The position numbers and the translations under genes were made by a program. From contig JABGPL010000004.1 in the NCBI GenBank assembly GCA_018644935.1, forward strand, positions 13,741 through 77,740: 64,000 bases of DNA, given 5' to 3'. This DNA is from Calditrichota bacterium. GTDB taxonomy: Bacteria; Electryoneota; AABM5-125-24; Hatepunaeales; Hatepunaeaceae. The notes under the pieces were generated by a model. The model was given only the letters and a program-made list of their open reading frames with translations, was not told where the DNA came from and searched no databases. Positions 47,454-56,768 of the stretch are shown here, piece after piece (positions within the stretch are counted from its first letter, which is position 1; each line of letters starts with the position of its first letter).

Positions 47454-47484
47454 CTCTGCGAAATCTGTGTAATCTGCGGATTGT
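47454..47484 (-). repeat. CAGATTAC-type repeat, copy at the 5' side of the pseudogene (abuts the ychF stop)
   Basis: The minus strand reads ACAATCCGCAGATTACACAGATTTCGCAGAG. Confidence 0.85.
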
Positions 47485-48563
47485 TAAACATTAAAGCGAA
47501 CATTCATTACGTCCCCATCCTGCATTATATAATCTTTCCCTTCAAGGCGCATTTTGCCCGTTTTTTTCATTTCAGCTTCGGAGCCTGCGTCGAGCAGATC
47601 TTTCCAATTGTACATCTCTGCGCGGATGAATCCTCTGGCTATGTCCTCATGGATTACACGTGCTGCTTTTACTGCTGTCGCGCCTTTTGTGACCGACCAT
47701 GCGCGGGATTCTTTGGGGCCAATGGTCAGGAAGGTGATCATTCCCATCAATTCAAATGTTGCTTTTATAATCCGGTCGAGAGCAGGTAAAGAGAACCCGA
47801 GTTCCTCCATAAAGGGAGCTCGCTCTTCTTCATCGAGCATATTGATTTCCGACTCCATCCCGGCAGCAACAGCCACCCATCTTACGTGATCACGCAGGCA
47901 ATCAACCTTATTCTGCATAGTCCTTAGACGATCATCCGCCTCCGGTGCGTTCTCATCACCCAGATTCAGAATCACCAGCAGTGGTTTCAGACTCAGAAAA
48001 GAGAAACCCCGCAGTTTTTTCTGCTCTTCCTGTGTAAATTCAAGGTCTCGAAGTGAACCATCTTCAGACAAATGCGCCCGGCATTTCTCAAGTAATTCTG
48101 CTTCAGCTTTCGATTCCTTATCATGCATTTTAGAAACTCGATTCAATCGCCTTTCTACAACATCAAGATCGCTGATGATAAATTCAAAGGCTGCATCACT
48201 GAGGTCACGAAGTGGATCTATACTACCAGATGGGTGCGAAACAATCGGATTTTCAAAATCGCGAACTACAATTGCGAGCATGTCTGTTCCGCGCAATTCA
48301 GAAAGATACCAGGCAGGATAAGGCTCAGGCTTATCTGATTTCGCAGCAAACCCCGGGACGTCTACATAGTCAACCGTCGCATGCACGATTTTGCGAGCTT
48401 TTACAATTGCAGCAAGTTCGTCCAGCCTGTGATCGTTGAGCTTTGCAACTCCACGTCGGGTTTCGCGACTGTTACAATCAAAACTTCCAGGTTCTTGATT
48501 TGTCAGTATTGAAAAAAGTGTAGATTTTCCGGACGAAGGTGGTCCGACTATTCCACATTCCAT
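47484..48563 (-). CDS. ychF: Ribosome-binding ATPase YchF (Obg-like)
   Basis: G1 motif GIVGPPSSGKSTLF, 359 aa, and a C-terminal TGS-like end (LRLEGKDYIMQDGDVMNVRFNV). Confidence 0.85.
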   Translation of the reverse strand: MECGIVGPPSSGKSTLFSILTNQEPGSFDCNSRETRRGVAKLNDHRLDELAAIVKARKIVHATVDYVDVPGFAAKSDKPEPYPAWYLSELRGTDMLAIVVRDFENPIVSHPSGSIDPLRDLSDAAFEFIISDLDVVERRLNRVSKMHDKESKAEAELLEKCRAHLSEDGSLRDLEFTQEEQKKLRGFSFLSLKPLLVILNLGDENAPEADDRLRTMQNKVDCLRDHVRWVAVAAGMESEINMLDEEERAPFMEELGFSLPALDRIIKATFELMGMITFLTIGPKESRAWSVTKGATAVKAARVIHEDIARGFIRAEMYNWKDLLDAGSEAEMKKTGKMRLEGKDYIMQDGDVMNVRFNV

Positions 48564-48888
48564 TGTATGTCCTAAAGTTATGTATTTCGGAAGAATTCTG
48601 ACCCGGAAAAATGAAACTGGCTAAGTTTATACACTTAATCTTTTACCGAGTAACCAATTAATATAACACCTAACTTTAATAAAATATAATCTTTCGAGCC
48701 ATTCTATTCACCGGTAAGACTTTTCAGGTTGTAATAAACAGAAATTGGACAAAGAAATTATAGATGAGATTAGAGTAAACAAAAATCAACATATTTTCAG
48801 AACACACTTGACAAGTGAACTTATGTGCAGTATATTTCTCCCAAGAAAAAAATCAGAACCTTTACCAAACATCTACAAGGAGTCAAAA

Positions 48889-49242
48889 ATGAGTAATCCA
48901 GTCGTACACTTTGAAATTGCCACCAAGGACAGTGCTAAGTCATGCGAGTTTTATGGTAAACTGTTCAGCTGGAATATCCGTGTTATGGATACAATGAACT
49001 ATTCTCTCGTCGAAGAAGGTGAAGGCGGAATACCAGGTGGCATCTTTCAAGGTGAGAAGGATGAGTGTCCGCCTTATGTTACAATTTACGTCAAAGTCGA
49101 TGATCTCCAGAAATGCCTTGATCGGGCAATCGAACTTGGTGGAATACAAGTCGTCCCTCCGACACACATCTCCGAGTCTGGTTCTTTCGCCATGTTCAAG
49201 GATCCCGATGGAAACGTAATTGGCTTATGGAAAGAAGCATAG
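48889..49242 (+). CDS. VOC (glyoxalase/bleomycin-resistance fold) family protein
   Basis: AAGGAG precedes the ATG at 48889 (the ORF track starts at 48745). It carries MSNPVVHFEI...FYGKLFSW...FKDPDGNVIGLW. Confidence 0.8.
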   Translation: MSNPVVHFEIATKDSAKSCEFYGKLFSWNIRVMDTMNYSLVEEGEGGIPGGIFQGEKDECPPYVTIYVKVDDLQKCLDRAIELGGIQVVPPTHISESGSFAMFKDPDGNVIGLWKEA

Positions 49243-49359
49243 ATTTTCAATTATTGACAAAGCCATTCTTCAGTTGGAATCTGGCATTGAATCACAAGGT
49301 CCCCGTTCTAAGAAGAAGAATGCGAACACCTGAAGCGAAGTACATTTCGGAAGAGGAAA

Positions 49360-49614
49360 TTGCAATACGAATCTCTCGCAGAACCTATCGAGGTAATAGC
49401 ACATTTCGCCACTAACGGAATAAGACCAATCCGCTTTCTGTGGCGAGGGAATGCACACCGCATTGAAGCTGTAAGGGGAAAATGGACAACTCTCGAAGGA
49501 CAGCGACAATGTCGCCATTTCGCAGTAACAGCGGGGGGTGTCGGCAATTGTGAAATAGTATTTGACCTCGACTCAATGATCTGGAAAATTGAATCCGTTG
49601 CGGTGGTAAATTGA
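49360..49614 (+). CDS. Small conserved-looking ORF (84 aa) immediately upstream of dinB
   Basis: It has a TTG start preceded by GGAAGAGGAAA and ends 19 nt before the dinB ATG. The sequence is non-repetitive (IRPIRFLWRGNAHRIEAVRGKWTTLEG). Confidence 0.45.
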   Translation: MQYESLAEPIEVIAHFATNGIRPIRFLWRGNAHRIEAVRGKWTTLEGQRQCRHFAVTAGGVGNCEIVFDLDSMIWKIESVAVVN

Positions 49615-49633
49615 AAACTACGTTGAGATAAAC

Positions 49634-50998
49634 ATGGGATGGCAAAAAGGACCGGGCAGCAGATATGCGCCCTTAACTCCGGCAGTGCTGGATCCGGGTA
49701 TGGAGGAACATGCTCCGGATGTTGCACGCACATATCTCCATATTGATATGGACGCTTTCTTTGCATCTGTCGAAGAGCGAGACAATCCTTCTTTGAAAGG
49801 AAAACCGGTTGCCGTTGGTGGTGGCCCTGGAAAACGGGGGGTGGTAACCACGGCAAATTACGTTGCCCGAAAATTCGGGCTGCACTCTGGTATGTCAGCA
49901 TGGGAAGCACAACAGAAATGTCCTCAAGCCATTTTTCTTCCCATTAACGGCAGCAAATACATCTATGTTTCTGCTCAGATAATGGCAACACTTGAACGAT
50001 TCTCTCCAATTGTTAGGCCATTATCTGTTGATGAAGCATCGCTGGACATCACGGGATGCGACCGACATTATGGCAACCTCGCCATGCTCGGGCAGGCGAT
50101 AAAGGATACTATTAGCGAAAAGTATGGGTTGCCATGTACAGTGGGAATTGGACCCAACCGACTCATCGCGAAAATGGCAGCAAATCTCGGTAAACCAGAT
50201 GGATTGCTTGTTCTGGATGCAGAGGGTGCTACCAAAGCTTTTGCTCCGCTGCCTGTTAACAAGATGGTCGGTATCGGTAAATCAACCGCAGCTGCACTTG
50301 AAGGTATTGGTATAAAAACACTTGGCGACCTTGCAAACAGTTCCGACTACAAACTGAAAAATCGTTTCGGGATCATTGGTCCTAATATGCGAAAAATGGC
50401 CAGCGGTGAATGGGCAGGTCGAATGCGCCTTGAGGACGAACGGCAACCAGTGGAGAAGTCAATCGGTCACTCCCGCACTTTCGGTGAAAATATTTCAGAT
50501 ATCTTAGAGCTAAGATCAAGATTAGTTGGGTTAGCAGAAATGGTGGCAAGACGGGTAAGACGGTCAGGGGTTGTGGGACGGGTACTGACATTGAAACTCC
50601 GTTATCCAGATTTCCGGACCCCCAGCCATCAACTACGATTGCCCTCACCAACTGACGATGAAGAAACTTTGATAGATTATGCATGGAGATTGCTCAGCGA
50701 ACTATGGAATCCCGGAGCTCCGGTGCGCCTGCTGGGCATATCACTTCGCGAACTTGCACCGAAAAAGGAATGGTCCGGGCAATTGAACCTCTTTTCCATT
50801 CGGAGACAGAGACGGGCATGCGATCTGCATGAAGCATTGGATACACTGCGTGATAGATTTGGTGAAAACGTCGTCTCACGTGCAATGAGTGGTAGATACA
50901 AAGGCCGACCAAAGCGTGGCTCTTCTGGTGAAATCATACCCTTCGGGCACCGACTTTCGATGAGTCGCCAACCTGCAAATACGGAGCAGATTAGTTGA
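49634..50998 (+). CDS. dinB: DNA polymerase IV (Y-family)
   Basis: It carries LHIDMDAFFASVEERDNPSLKGKPVAVGG and SVDEASLDITG. An alternative start, MEEHAPD at 49700, would give a more typical N-terminus. Confidence 0.9.
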   Translation: MGWQKGPGSRYAPLTPAVLDPGMEEHAPDVARTYLHIDMDAFFASVEERDNPSLKGKPVAVGGGPGKRGVVTTANYVARKFGLHSGMSAWEAQQKCPQAIFLPINGSKYIYVSAQIMATLERFSPIVRPLSVDEASLDITGCDRHYGNLAMLGQAIKDTISEKYGLPCTVGIGPNRLIAKMAANLGKPDGLLVLDAEGATKAFAPLPVNKMVGIGKSTAAALEGIGIKTLGDLANSSDYKLKNRFGIIGPNMRKMASGEWAGRMRLEDERQPVEKSIGHSRTFGENISDILELRSRLVGLAEMVARRVRRSGVVGRVLTLKLRYPDFRTPSHQLRLPSPTDDEETLIDYAWRLLSELWNPGAPVRLLGISLRELAPKKEWSGQLNLFSIRRQRRACDLHEALDTLRDRFGENVVSRAMSGRYKGRPKRGSSGEIIPFGHRLSMSRQPANTEQIS

Positions 50999-51457
50999 AA
51001 ACTGTCTATATAAAATTTTATTACCCGCAATTCTTTCGCACGTTTGGCATTAGGACTATATCGGGATTATATTACCACAATTACACACTGGTGTCTTCAT
51101 AATCATTATTTACGAGGTAGTATTAACAGAATAATTAATCTATACCCGGAGAATGGCTTTCAATTCCGGATACTGATTATTATTATTGTTATACTGTTCA
51201 CGCTGATCTAAATTTTTTCCTTGATTCTTAAATCTCAAGCTGAGTTAACGTTGATCAGGATATTACCTCGTGCTTTCAGCCACATATTGTGAGCAATCCC
51301 CGAATGCTTAGTTTTGCAATTACCGAACTTTTTGTTTATCCTTATTCTGCAAATGGGTTTTCGGTTATCATCACATCTGGGCTTGAATAGCACTTGTTCG
51401 TTGCACTAAGTGTATCCCTTCCTGTTACGAAAAATTAGTGCCGATTTCAAGATTGTC

Positions 51458-51473
51458 TGGCATTGAGATTGCT
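51458..51473 (+). promoter_or_regulatory. Candidate sigma-54 promoter upstream of the WD40 gene
   Basis: TGGCATtgagaTTGCT has correct GG-N10-GC spacing. It lies about 200 nt upstream of the ATG at 51676. Confidence 0.4.
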
Positions 51474-51675
51474 ACCAGAGGCTTCTTCTGTATCAATCCA
51501 TCGTAACTGGCATAAACGTGATTGGTTTAAACGTGGTGTTACTTTTTGCTTTTAACTACCTCGAATCAAAAAAACATTAAACTTCCGGTGCTTTGTCGGA
51601 ATAAACTATCCACTTTTGATTTCATGCCTCCCCTCGAAATCACCTTTGACCACAATTTCTTCATCAGAATAAAAA

Positions 51676-53439
51676 ATGAACTTTAAGATGAACTTTAATC
51701 AGAAATTGGTTTTCTGGATTGGCATTTTCTTCTTTGCCTGTATGGGTTTATTCCCACCCTGGTTGATGACAGGGGTGGTTGATGGTGTCGCTTTTTCAAA
51801 AGCCATCGGATACTCATTCATTTTTAACTCTCCAAAAGATGCCAATACCTTAGATTTCTTAAGATTAACCGTTCAGTGGTTTGTTGAATTAATCATTGCT
51901 GTTGCCTTATTTTATACTTTTAAAGACCCTATCACCTTCAAAAGACAGGCATCAAAAGAATCACAAGACGAATCTGATGAAGAAGCAATCAGTGAGAATG
52001 AAATTACATCCCCCACATATGTTGAATCAACCTCTAATTCATCTGACATTTTCTCTGACACAGAAGCCACACTAAATGATAAGAAAGAATTTTTTGGCGG
52101 TTCTGAAGAAATGATGTCGTATGAAAAGAGACAAGCATTTCCAACTCTACAAGAACTGGTAAAAAGAGAAGCTGAACAATCCCATAAAATAGAAGAAGAA
52201 GAAAAGGAGAAAGTAAAAGAGAAAGAGAAAGAAGAAAAACAAATAGAAGCTGAGATCGCCAAGAAAAAGGAAACACCTCTATCGAAAATTATTGTACGAG
52301 TTCAAGGTTTTGCACAAAGTCGAAGCTCAAAATATGTTCCTAAATTCATCCCTCGTAAAGTCTGGATTTGGGTTACGGCTATTGGAGTTATTACCGTATT
52401 AGCGTTTATATTCACGATGCCCCGTTTCAAACAGACCGGAATTTCTATCTTTATGTCAGATAGAAATTCAATCAAAGAAATGGTAGCTGAATCGTCACAG
52501 ACAAAAATGATCCGAGGACATGAGCGATTTATTCGCTCAATTGCATATAGTTCGGACAGCAAGTATCTCGTTACCGGAAGCTATGACAATACCATAAAAA
52601 TCTGGGATGCCACCACCGGTAAAGAACTTAAAACACTATTAGGACATACAGATCGCGTTAGATCAGTAAAGTTCAGCCCTAATGGGAAATGGATTGTAAG
52701 CGGCAGTGACGATAGAACGGTCAGACTTTGGAGTGTTGAAGGCGGTCTTGAAGCAGTTGTCTTTGAGGGCCATACAGACAAAGTTAGAGCGGTTGCATTT
52801 CATCCAGCCGGAAAGATTATTGCCAGTGGGAGTAGCGATAATAGCATAAAGTTATGGAGCACAGAAACTGTTGCTGAGATAAAAACTTTATCTGGTCATA
52901 CATCTGAAGTCTGGACTGTCGATTTCGGTTCAAGTGGCCGCTATCTCGCAAGTGGTGGTGAAAAAAAATCCTCCGAAAGTGGTGAAATCTTTCTTTGGGA
53001 TTATAAGACAAGCAAAATTGTCAGAACTCTCCAACTAAAATATGGCACTCCTATTGCTCTCGAAATAAGTCCGGATGGACAAGTCCTGGCTGCGTGCACA
53101 GGCAACCGTGAGAAGAGTAAAGATGGCTGGATGAACGGAAGAATAGAAATCTGGGAATTGTTTACGGGAAAATTAATAGAGACTCTGAAAGCTGGCCGCT
53201 CTATTACATGTACATCATTGTCCTTTCATAAGAACGGCCGCCTTTTAGCAAGTGGTGATAATCAGAAGAGCATTCGGTTATGGGATATCAAACGTGGATC
53301 CGAAGTCAAAGAGATGAAGGGGCATCTGAACTTAATCAGCTCGATTGCATTCAGTCCGGATGGTGCTCAATTAGTCAGTGGTAGTACGGACAGAAATAAC
53401 GAGAGTGGTGAAATACATATGTGGGGGCCATTTAAATAA
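51676..53439 (+). CDS. Membrane-anchored WD40 repeat protein
   Basis: A two-TM N-terminal module (FWIGIFFFACMGLFPPWL) is followed by a Glu/Lys-rich linker, a third TM, and 7-8 WD40 units (GHxxxVxSVAFSPDGxxxxSGSxDxTIKLWD type). Confidence 0.85.
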   Translation: MNFKMNFNQKLVFWIGIFFFACMGLFPPWLMTGVVDGVAFSKAIGYSFIFNSPKDANTLDFLRLTVQWFVELIIAVALFYTFKDPITFKRQASKESQDESDEEAISENEITSPTYVESTSNSSDIFSDTEATLNDKKEFFGGSEEMMSYEKRQAFPTLQELVKREAEQSHKIEEEEKEKVKEKEKEEKQIEAEIAKKKETPLSKIIVRVQGFAQSRSSKYVPKFIPRKVWIWVTAIGVITVLAFIFTMPRFKQTGISIFMSDRNSIKEMVAESSQTKMIRGHERFIRSIAYSSDSKYLVTGSYDNTIKIWDATTGKELKTLLGHTDRVRSVKFSPNGKWIVSGSDDRTVRLWSVEGGLEAVVFEGHTDKVRAVAFHPAGKIIASGSSDNSIKLWSTETVAEIKTLSGHTSEVWTVDFGSSGRYLASGGEKKSSESGEIFLWDYKTSKIVRTLQLKYGTPIALEISPDGQVLAACTGNREKSKDGWMNGRIEIWELFTGKLIETLKAGRSITCTSLSFHKNGRLLASGDNQKSIRLWDIKRGSEVKEMKGHLNLISSIAFSPDGAQLVSGSTDRNNESGEIHMWGPFK

Positions 53440-53747
53440 GCAAACCACATTATTGAACTACCATCCAGAACACCCGCTTTTTCGTCAAGTCACCACTCTG
53501 CAATATTTACCTCCATGAACCCTCCTCCTAATTGTTAATTTACAGGCGATTAATTCTGTATCCACGCTATTGAAAAAAGTCCGTTGCATAGATTTGGGTA
53601 TTTACGATTATTATCCGTATATTAATAACATTGATGAGTAATACACAGCATCTCCTAATCGTTGTGTTTCAACCGGGAAATGCCAAAATCTTAATCTAAG
53701 CTAGAGTGATGTAAAAGCAATGATATTTATCGGATCAACAGTAGAGG

Positions 53748-54647
53748 ATGATTTATTTGCTTAGTGACCACATCAACAGAAGAGAGCGGATTGTTAGTCT
53801 ACTAAAAAACCTTCCTAAGTTGCCTCAGGAGACAACAGAACTGTTGAAACTTGTTGATAACCCTAAGACAACAGCTCCACAATTGGCTCGTTTTGTAAGT
53901 TCTGATCTTATGCTGACGAATACAATACTTAAACTCACCAACTCGAAATTTTATGGTTTTACGGAACATATAAGATCTATAAATCATGCAATTGTTGTAT
54001 TGGGTTTTAGTTCAATCAAAGACATTGCACTGCTGATTTCAGTATCCAAAGTTTTTACTGCGGTGGAGTATTATAAATGTATTGGTCAAGCAAATTTCTA
54101 TCACCACTCGATTGCAACTGCAGCAGGATGCAAGATAATAGCTGATAAAAGCAGCTTTAAGGTTTCTGGTGAAATATTCTTTTCAGGATTCCTACATGAC
54201 ATCGGAATTCTCGTACTATCTAATAATATGGCCGATAAACTTTTAAGGATTATGGAAGATGCAAGTGCTGAAAGAATTAGCTTACACGATTCAGAATTAA
54301 GGGTATTGGGCTTTTCACATGCGGATGTTGGAGGGTATCTTTTAGAAAAATGGCACATTGCGTTGCACCAGTGCTCTGCCATTCACAATTATCCTGCACC
54401 GTGGTTGTCTCCTAAAATACCAAATGTTGCCATGATGATAAATTTTTCCGATATCCTGGCTCGAAAAACAGGATTCAGCTTAGTCGAATGCGATAATATT
54501 CCAGAAATTCATCCTAAGGTAATCTCATATTTAAATCTCAGACAAAATAATTCAGGTGATGTAGAATGGGGTTACTATCAGGACTTATTGATGAGTAAAA
54601 TGAAACATGCAAAAAGTTTCCTAGAACTCTTAAAGACAAATAAATAA
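53748..54647 (+). CDS. HDOD domain signalling protein
   Basis: It carries LPKLPQETTELLKLVDNPKTTAPQLARFVSSDLMLTNTILKLTNSKFYGF...INHAIVVLGF and, later, LHDIGILVL, which is the typical HDOD layout. Confidence 0.75.
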   Translation: MIYLLSDHINRRERIVSLLKNLPKLPQETTELLKLVDNPKTTAPQLARFVSSDLMLTNTILKLTNSKFYGFTEHIRSINHAIVVLGFSSIKDIALLISVSKVFTAVEYYKCIGQANFYHHSIATAAGCKIIADKSSFKVSGEIFFSGFLHDIGILVLSNNMADKLLRIMEDASAERISLHDSELRVLGFSHADVGGYLLEKWHIALHQCSAIHNYPAPWLSPKIPNVAMMINFSDILARKTGFSLVECDNIPEIHPKVISYLNLRQNNSGDVEWGYYQDLLMSKMKHAKSFLELLKTNK

Positions 54648-54981
54648 TAATTCCCATATTACAAAGTTTCACCCTTTTAATAGTAAAATTTGATCTGTAG
54701 ATTTTACAGACTCGGGTCTTTGATCTTTTGTGTTGGATCATTCCAAATTGAAGGTTTACCTCTGTGTTGAAAAATCTTATTATTAAAGTGTTGGAACTTC
54801 ATAACGACTAAATGTGATTGAAAGGCTATGTTGTTCGATTCAAAATGATTGGATAAAGATCAATCCTCGACAGATATTATTGTGAGTTGATGTGAAGTTG
54901 ATGAAGACCTGTGTGAATGCACCCAAGATTGTGGAAATGCTGCTTAATTAATTTAATTTTCCCATTTCAAAGGGAGGGAAT

Positions 54982-55713
54982 TTGACGATAAAAACATCCG
55001 TGCGGACTTTAGTCAAACCAGCTAATTTTTCAGATAACATTTCTGATTATTGTCTTGGTCTAAGCCGTATTGCAGCTTTAGGCTATATGTCGAGTACGAT
55101 GATGCACGATATAGGTAATGCTCTTACGGTCATTTCAGGAAACTCACAGATTATCCAAATCAAAAAGAATAATCAAACTGTCGATCAAATTCAGGTCCGC
55201 ATCGAAACAATATTAGATCAGATTAATCGAATTCAGAATATTACAGATCGGGTGGGAAGTTTCGGAGCTCGTTTGTCTGGTGACTTTAAAAAAATTGATC
55301 CAACACTTCCAGTAACTAATGCGTTTTATGCCCTCTCAAGACGCTTCAGTTTAGCGGGAATAAGAAATGAAACAAATATAGTCAAGAAGAAGGCTGTCAT
55401 TTTTTGTGATCCTTCAATTTTGGAGTTTATTTTTATCGAATTTCTGTCATTATTCCTCAAGGTACCCGTTAATGAGGGCAATCTGACAGTCGTTTCGTCA
55501 TCTGATAAAAATAATTTTAGTGTCGAAGCATGGCTTAAACCAACGGAAATAGAGCAGAAGCTGTTTGAACACTGGGATGACCCGAACCTTGAGTCGAATT
55601 TATTCACCCCTCTGGCGGGACTTGAAGGCTCCAGAGGAGGTGCAAAATTATTTAAGAACAACGAAGGCGTGGGCTGGTGTTTAACATTTGCTCAAAACAT
55701 AGATGAGGAATAA
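54982..55713 (+). CDS. Histidine-kinase-like protein with a DHp/H-box but no recognisable ATPase boxes
   Basis: TTG start after GGGAGGGA. The H-box is MMHDIGNALTVISGNSQII. The C-terminal half lacks N/G1/G2 motifs. Confidence 0.5.
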   Translation: MTIKTSVRTLVKPANFSDNISDYCLGLSRIAALGYMSSTMMHDIGNALTVISGNSQIIQIKKNNQTVDQIQVRIETILDQINRIQNITDRVGSFGARLSGDFKKIDPTLPVTNAFYALSRRFSLAGIRNETNIVKKKAVIFCDPSILEFIFIEFLSLFLKVPVNEGNLTVVSSSDKNNFSVEAWLKPTEIEQKLFEHWDDPNLESNLFTPLAGLEGSRGGAKLFKNNEGVGWCLTFAQNIDEE

Positions 55714-56767
55714 GGTGAGTAGAGATAGTTTCAGTTCTGGGATGCAGGGGTTTAAATCATTTTCAATCATTTTAATTATCATAGTCTTTTGTTTTGCAGG
55801 ATGCAAAGTTGAAGAATTCCCCGGTTCAGCTGGTGAACCGGAAGGTTCTCTTGCGATAGCTGTTTCAGATACCCTTGACGAATCGGTTGAGGGAGCTGCA
55901 ATAATAATTGATGGTGTGGAAACCCCAGAGAGATCCCCTGCCATTATACACGGAATATCTGAGGGTGAGCACCAACTTGTAATCCGGCAATTCGGTTTTT
56001 GGAATGATACGACACAGGTTGGAATAACCGGTGGAGATACCACATCGGTAATCTCTACTTTGCACGTAGTTCCCCCAAACATGACCGGACAGTTAACGGT
56101 TGAATCATCTCCAGCTGGAGCTTTCTTGCTCCTGAATGGAAGAAAACATTTTGTAAATGATTCGCCTGCACTTACACCTGGAACCTTTGATCTACCTTGG
56201 GGAAGATACAACTTATCTGTTCATCTCCCCGGATATCTAACCGCCTCTCCGATATTACCGGAAATAGAAATTTTTCCAGGAGAATCTCAGAGTCTGGAAT
56301 TTACACTTAATTCGAATGAAATAGGACGCTCCGCAGGGAACTCACCCTATCCATTTACTCTGGAAAACATATCTGGTGATTCTATTTCAGTTTCGGATTT
56401 AACCGGATACGTGGTGTTGATAAACTTCTGGTACGCCGCCTGTGCACCCTGCATAGCTGAATTTCCCGGTATTGAAAATGTCTATCGCAAATACAGTATG
56501 GACGGATTTCGGGTGTTGGCAATTAATCCCATGCGACCGGACAATCGTGAAGCTGTTATCCAGAAGCAGGATGAACTGGATATGACATTCCAATTGCTAC
56601 TCGATTGGGATCAGCACGTAACTCGTGATTTGTATGTAGTCGGAGAATTCCCCCAAAACTTCCTGATTGACAGGACTGGCAAACTCCATGATGTCAGAGG
56701 TGGTGTTGAGGAATCGGAGTTGGATGAAATGGTTAGTGAACTTCTTCAAACAGAAAACGGACAATAA
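55703..56767 (+). CDS. Lipoprotein with PEGA-like domains and a C-terminal TlpA/ResA-type thioredoxin domain
   Basis: Lipobox FCFAGC. PEGA-like segments (AAIIIDGVETP...GEHQLVI; AFLLLNGRKH...GRYNLSV). The thioredoxin motif is VVLINFWYAACAPCIAEFP. The start is uncertain (ATG 55703, GTG 55715 after GAGGAA, or ATG 55742). Confidence 0.75.
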   Translation: MRNKVSRDSFSSGMQGFKSFSIILIIIVFCFAGCKVEEFPGSAGEPEGSLAIAVSDTLDESVEGAAIIIDGVETPERSPAIIHGISEGEHQLVIRQFGFWNDTTQVGITGGDTTSVISTLHVVPPNMTGQLTVESSPAGAFLLLNGRKHFVNDSPALTPGTFDLPWGRYNLSVHLPGYLTASPILPEIEIFPGESQSLEFTLNSNEIGRSAGNSPYPFTLENISGDSISVSDLTGYVVLINFWYAACAPCIAEFPGIENVYRKYSMDGFRVLAINPMRPDNREAVIQKQDELDMTFQLLLDWDQHVTRDLYVVGEFPQNFLIDRTGKLHDVRGGVEESELDEMVSELLQTENGQ

Positions 56768-56768
56768 A

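Noticed and set aside
47340-47789. A 149-aa plus-strand ORF.
   Set aside because: Its first part translates the repeat region (ILCEICVICG is the repeat read in frame). The rest is antisense to the well-supported ychF gene.
49308-49910. A 200-aa minus-strand ORF spans the small ORF and the dinB start.
   Set aside because: It is antisense to two better-supported coding regions and has Pro/Arg/Cys-rich low-information sequence with no motif. It is probably a shadow ORF.
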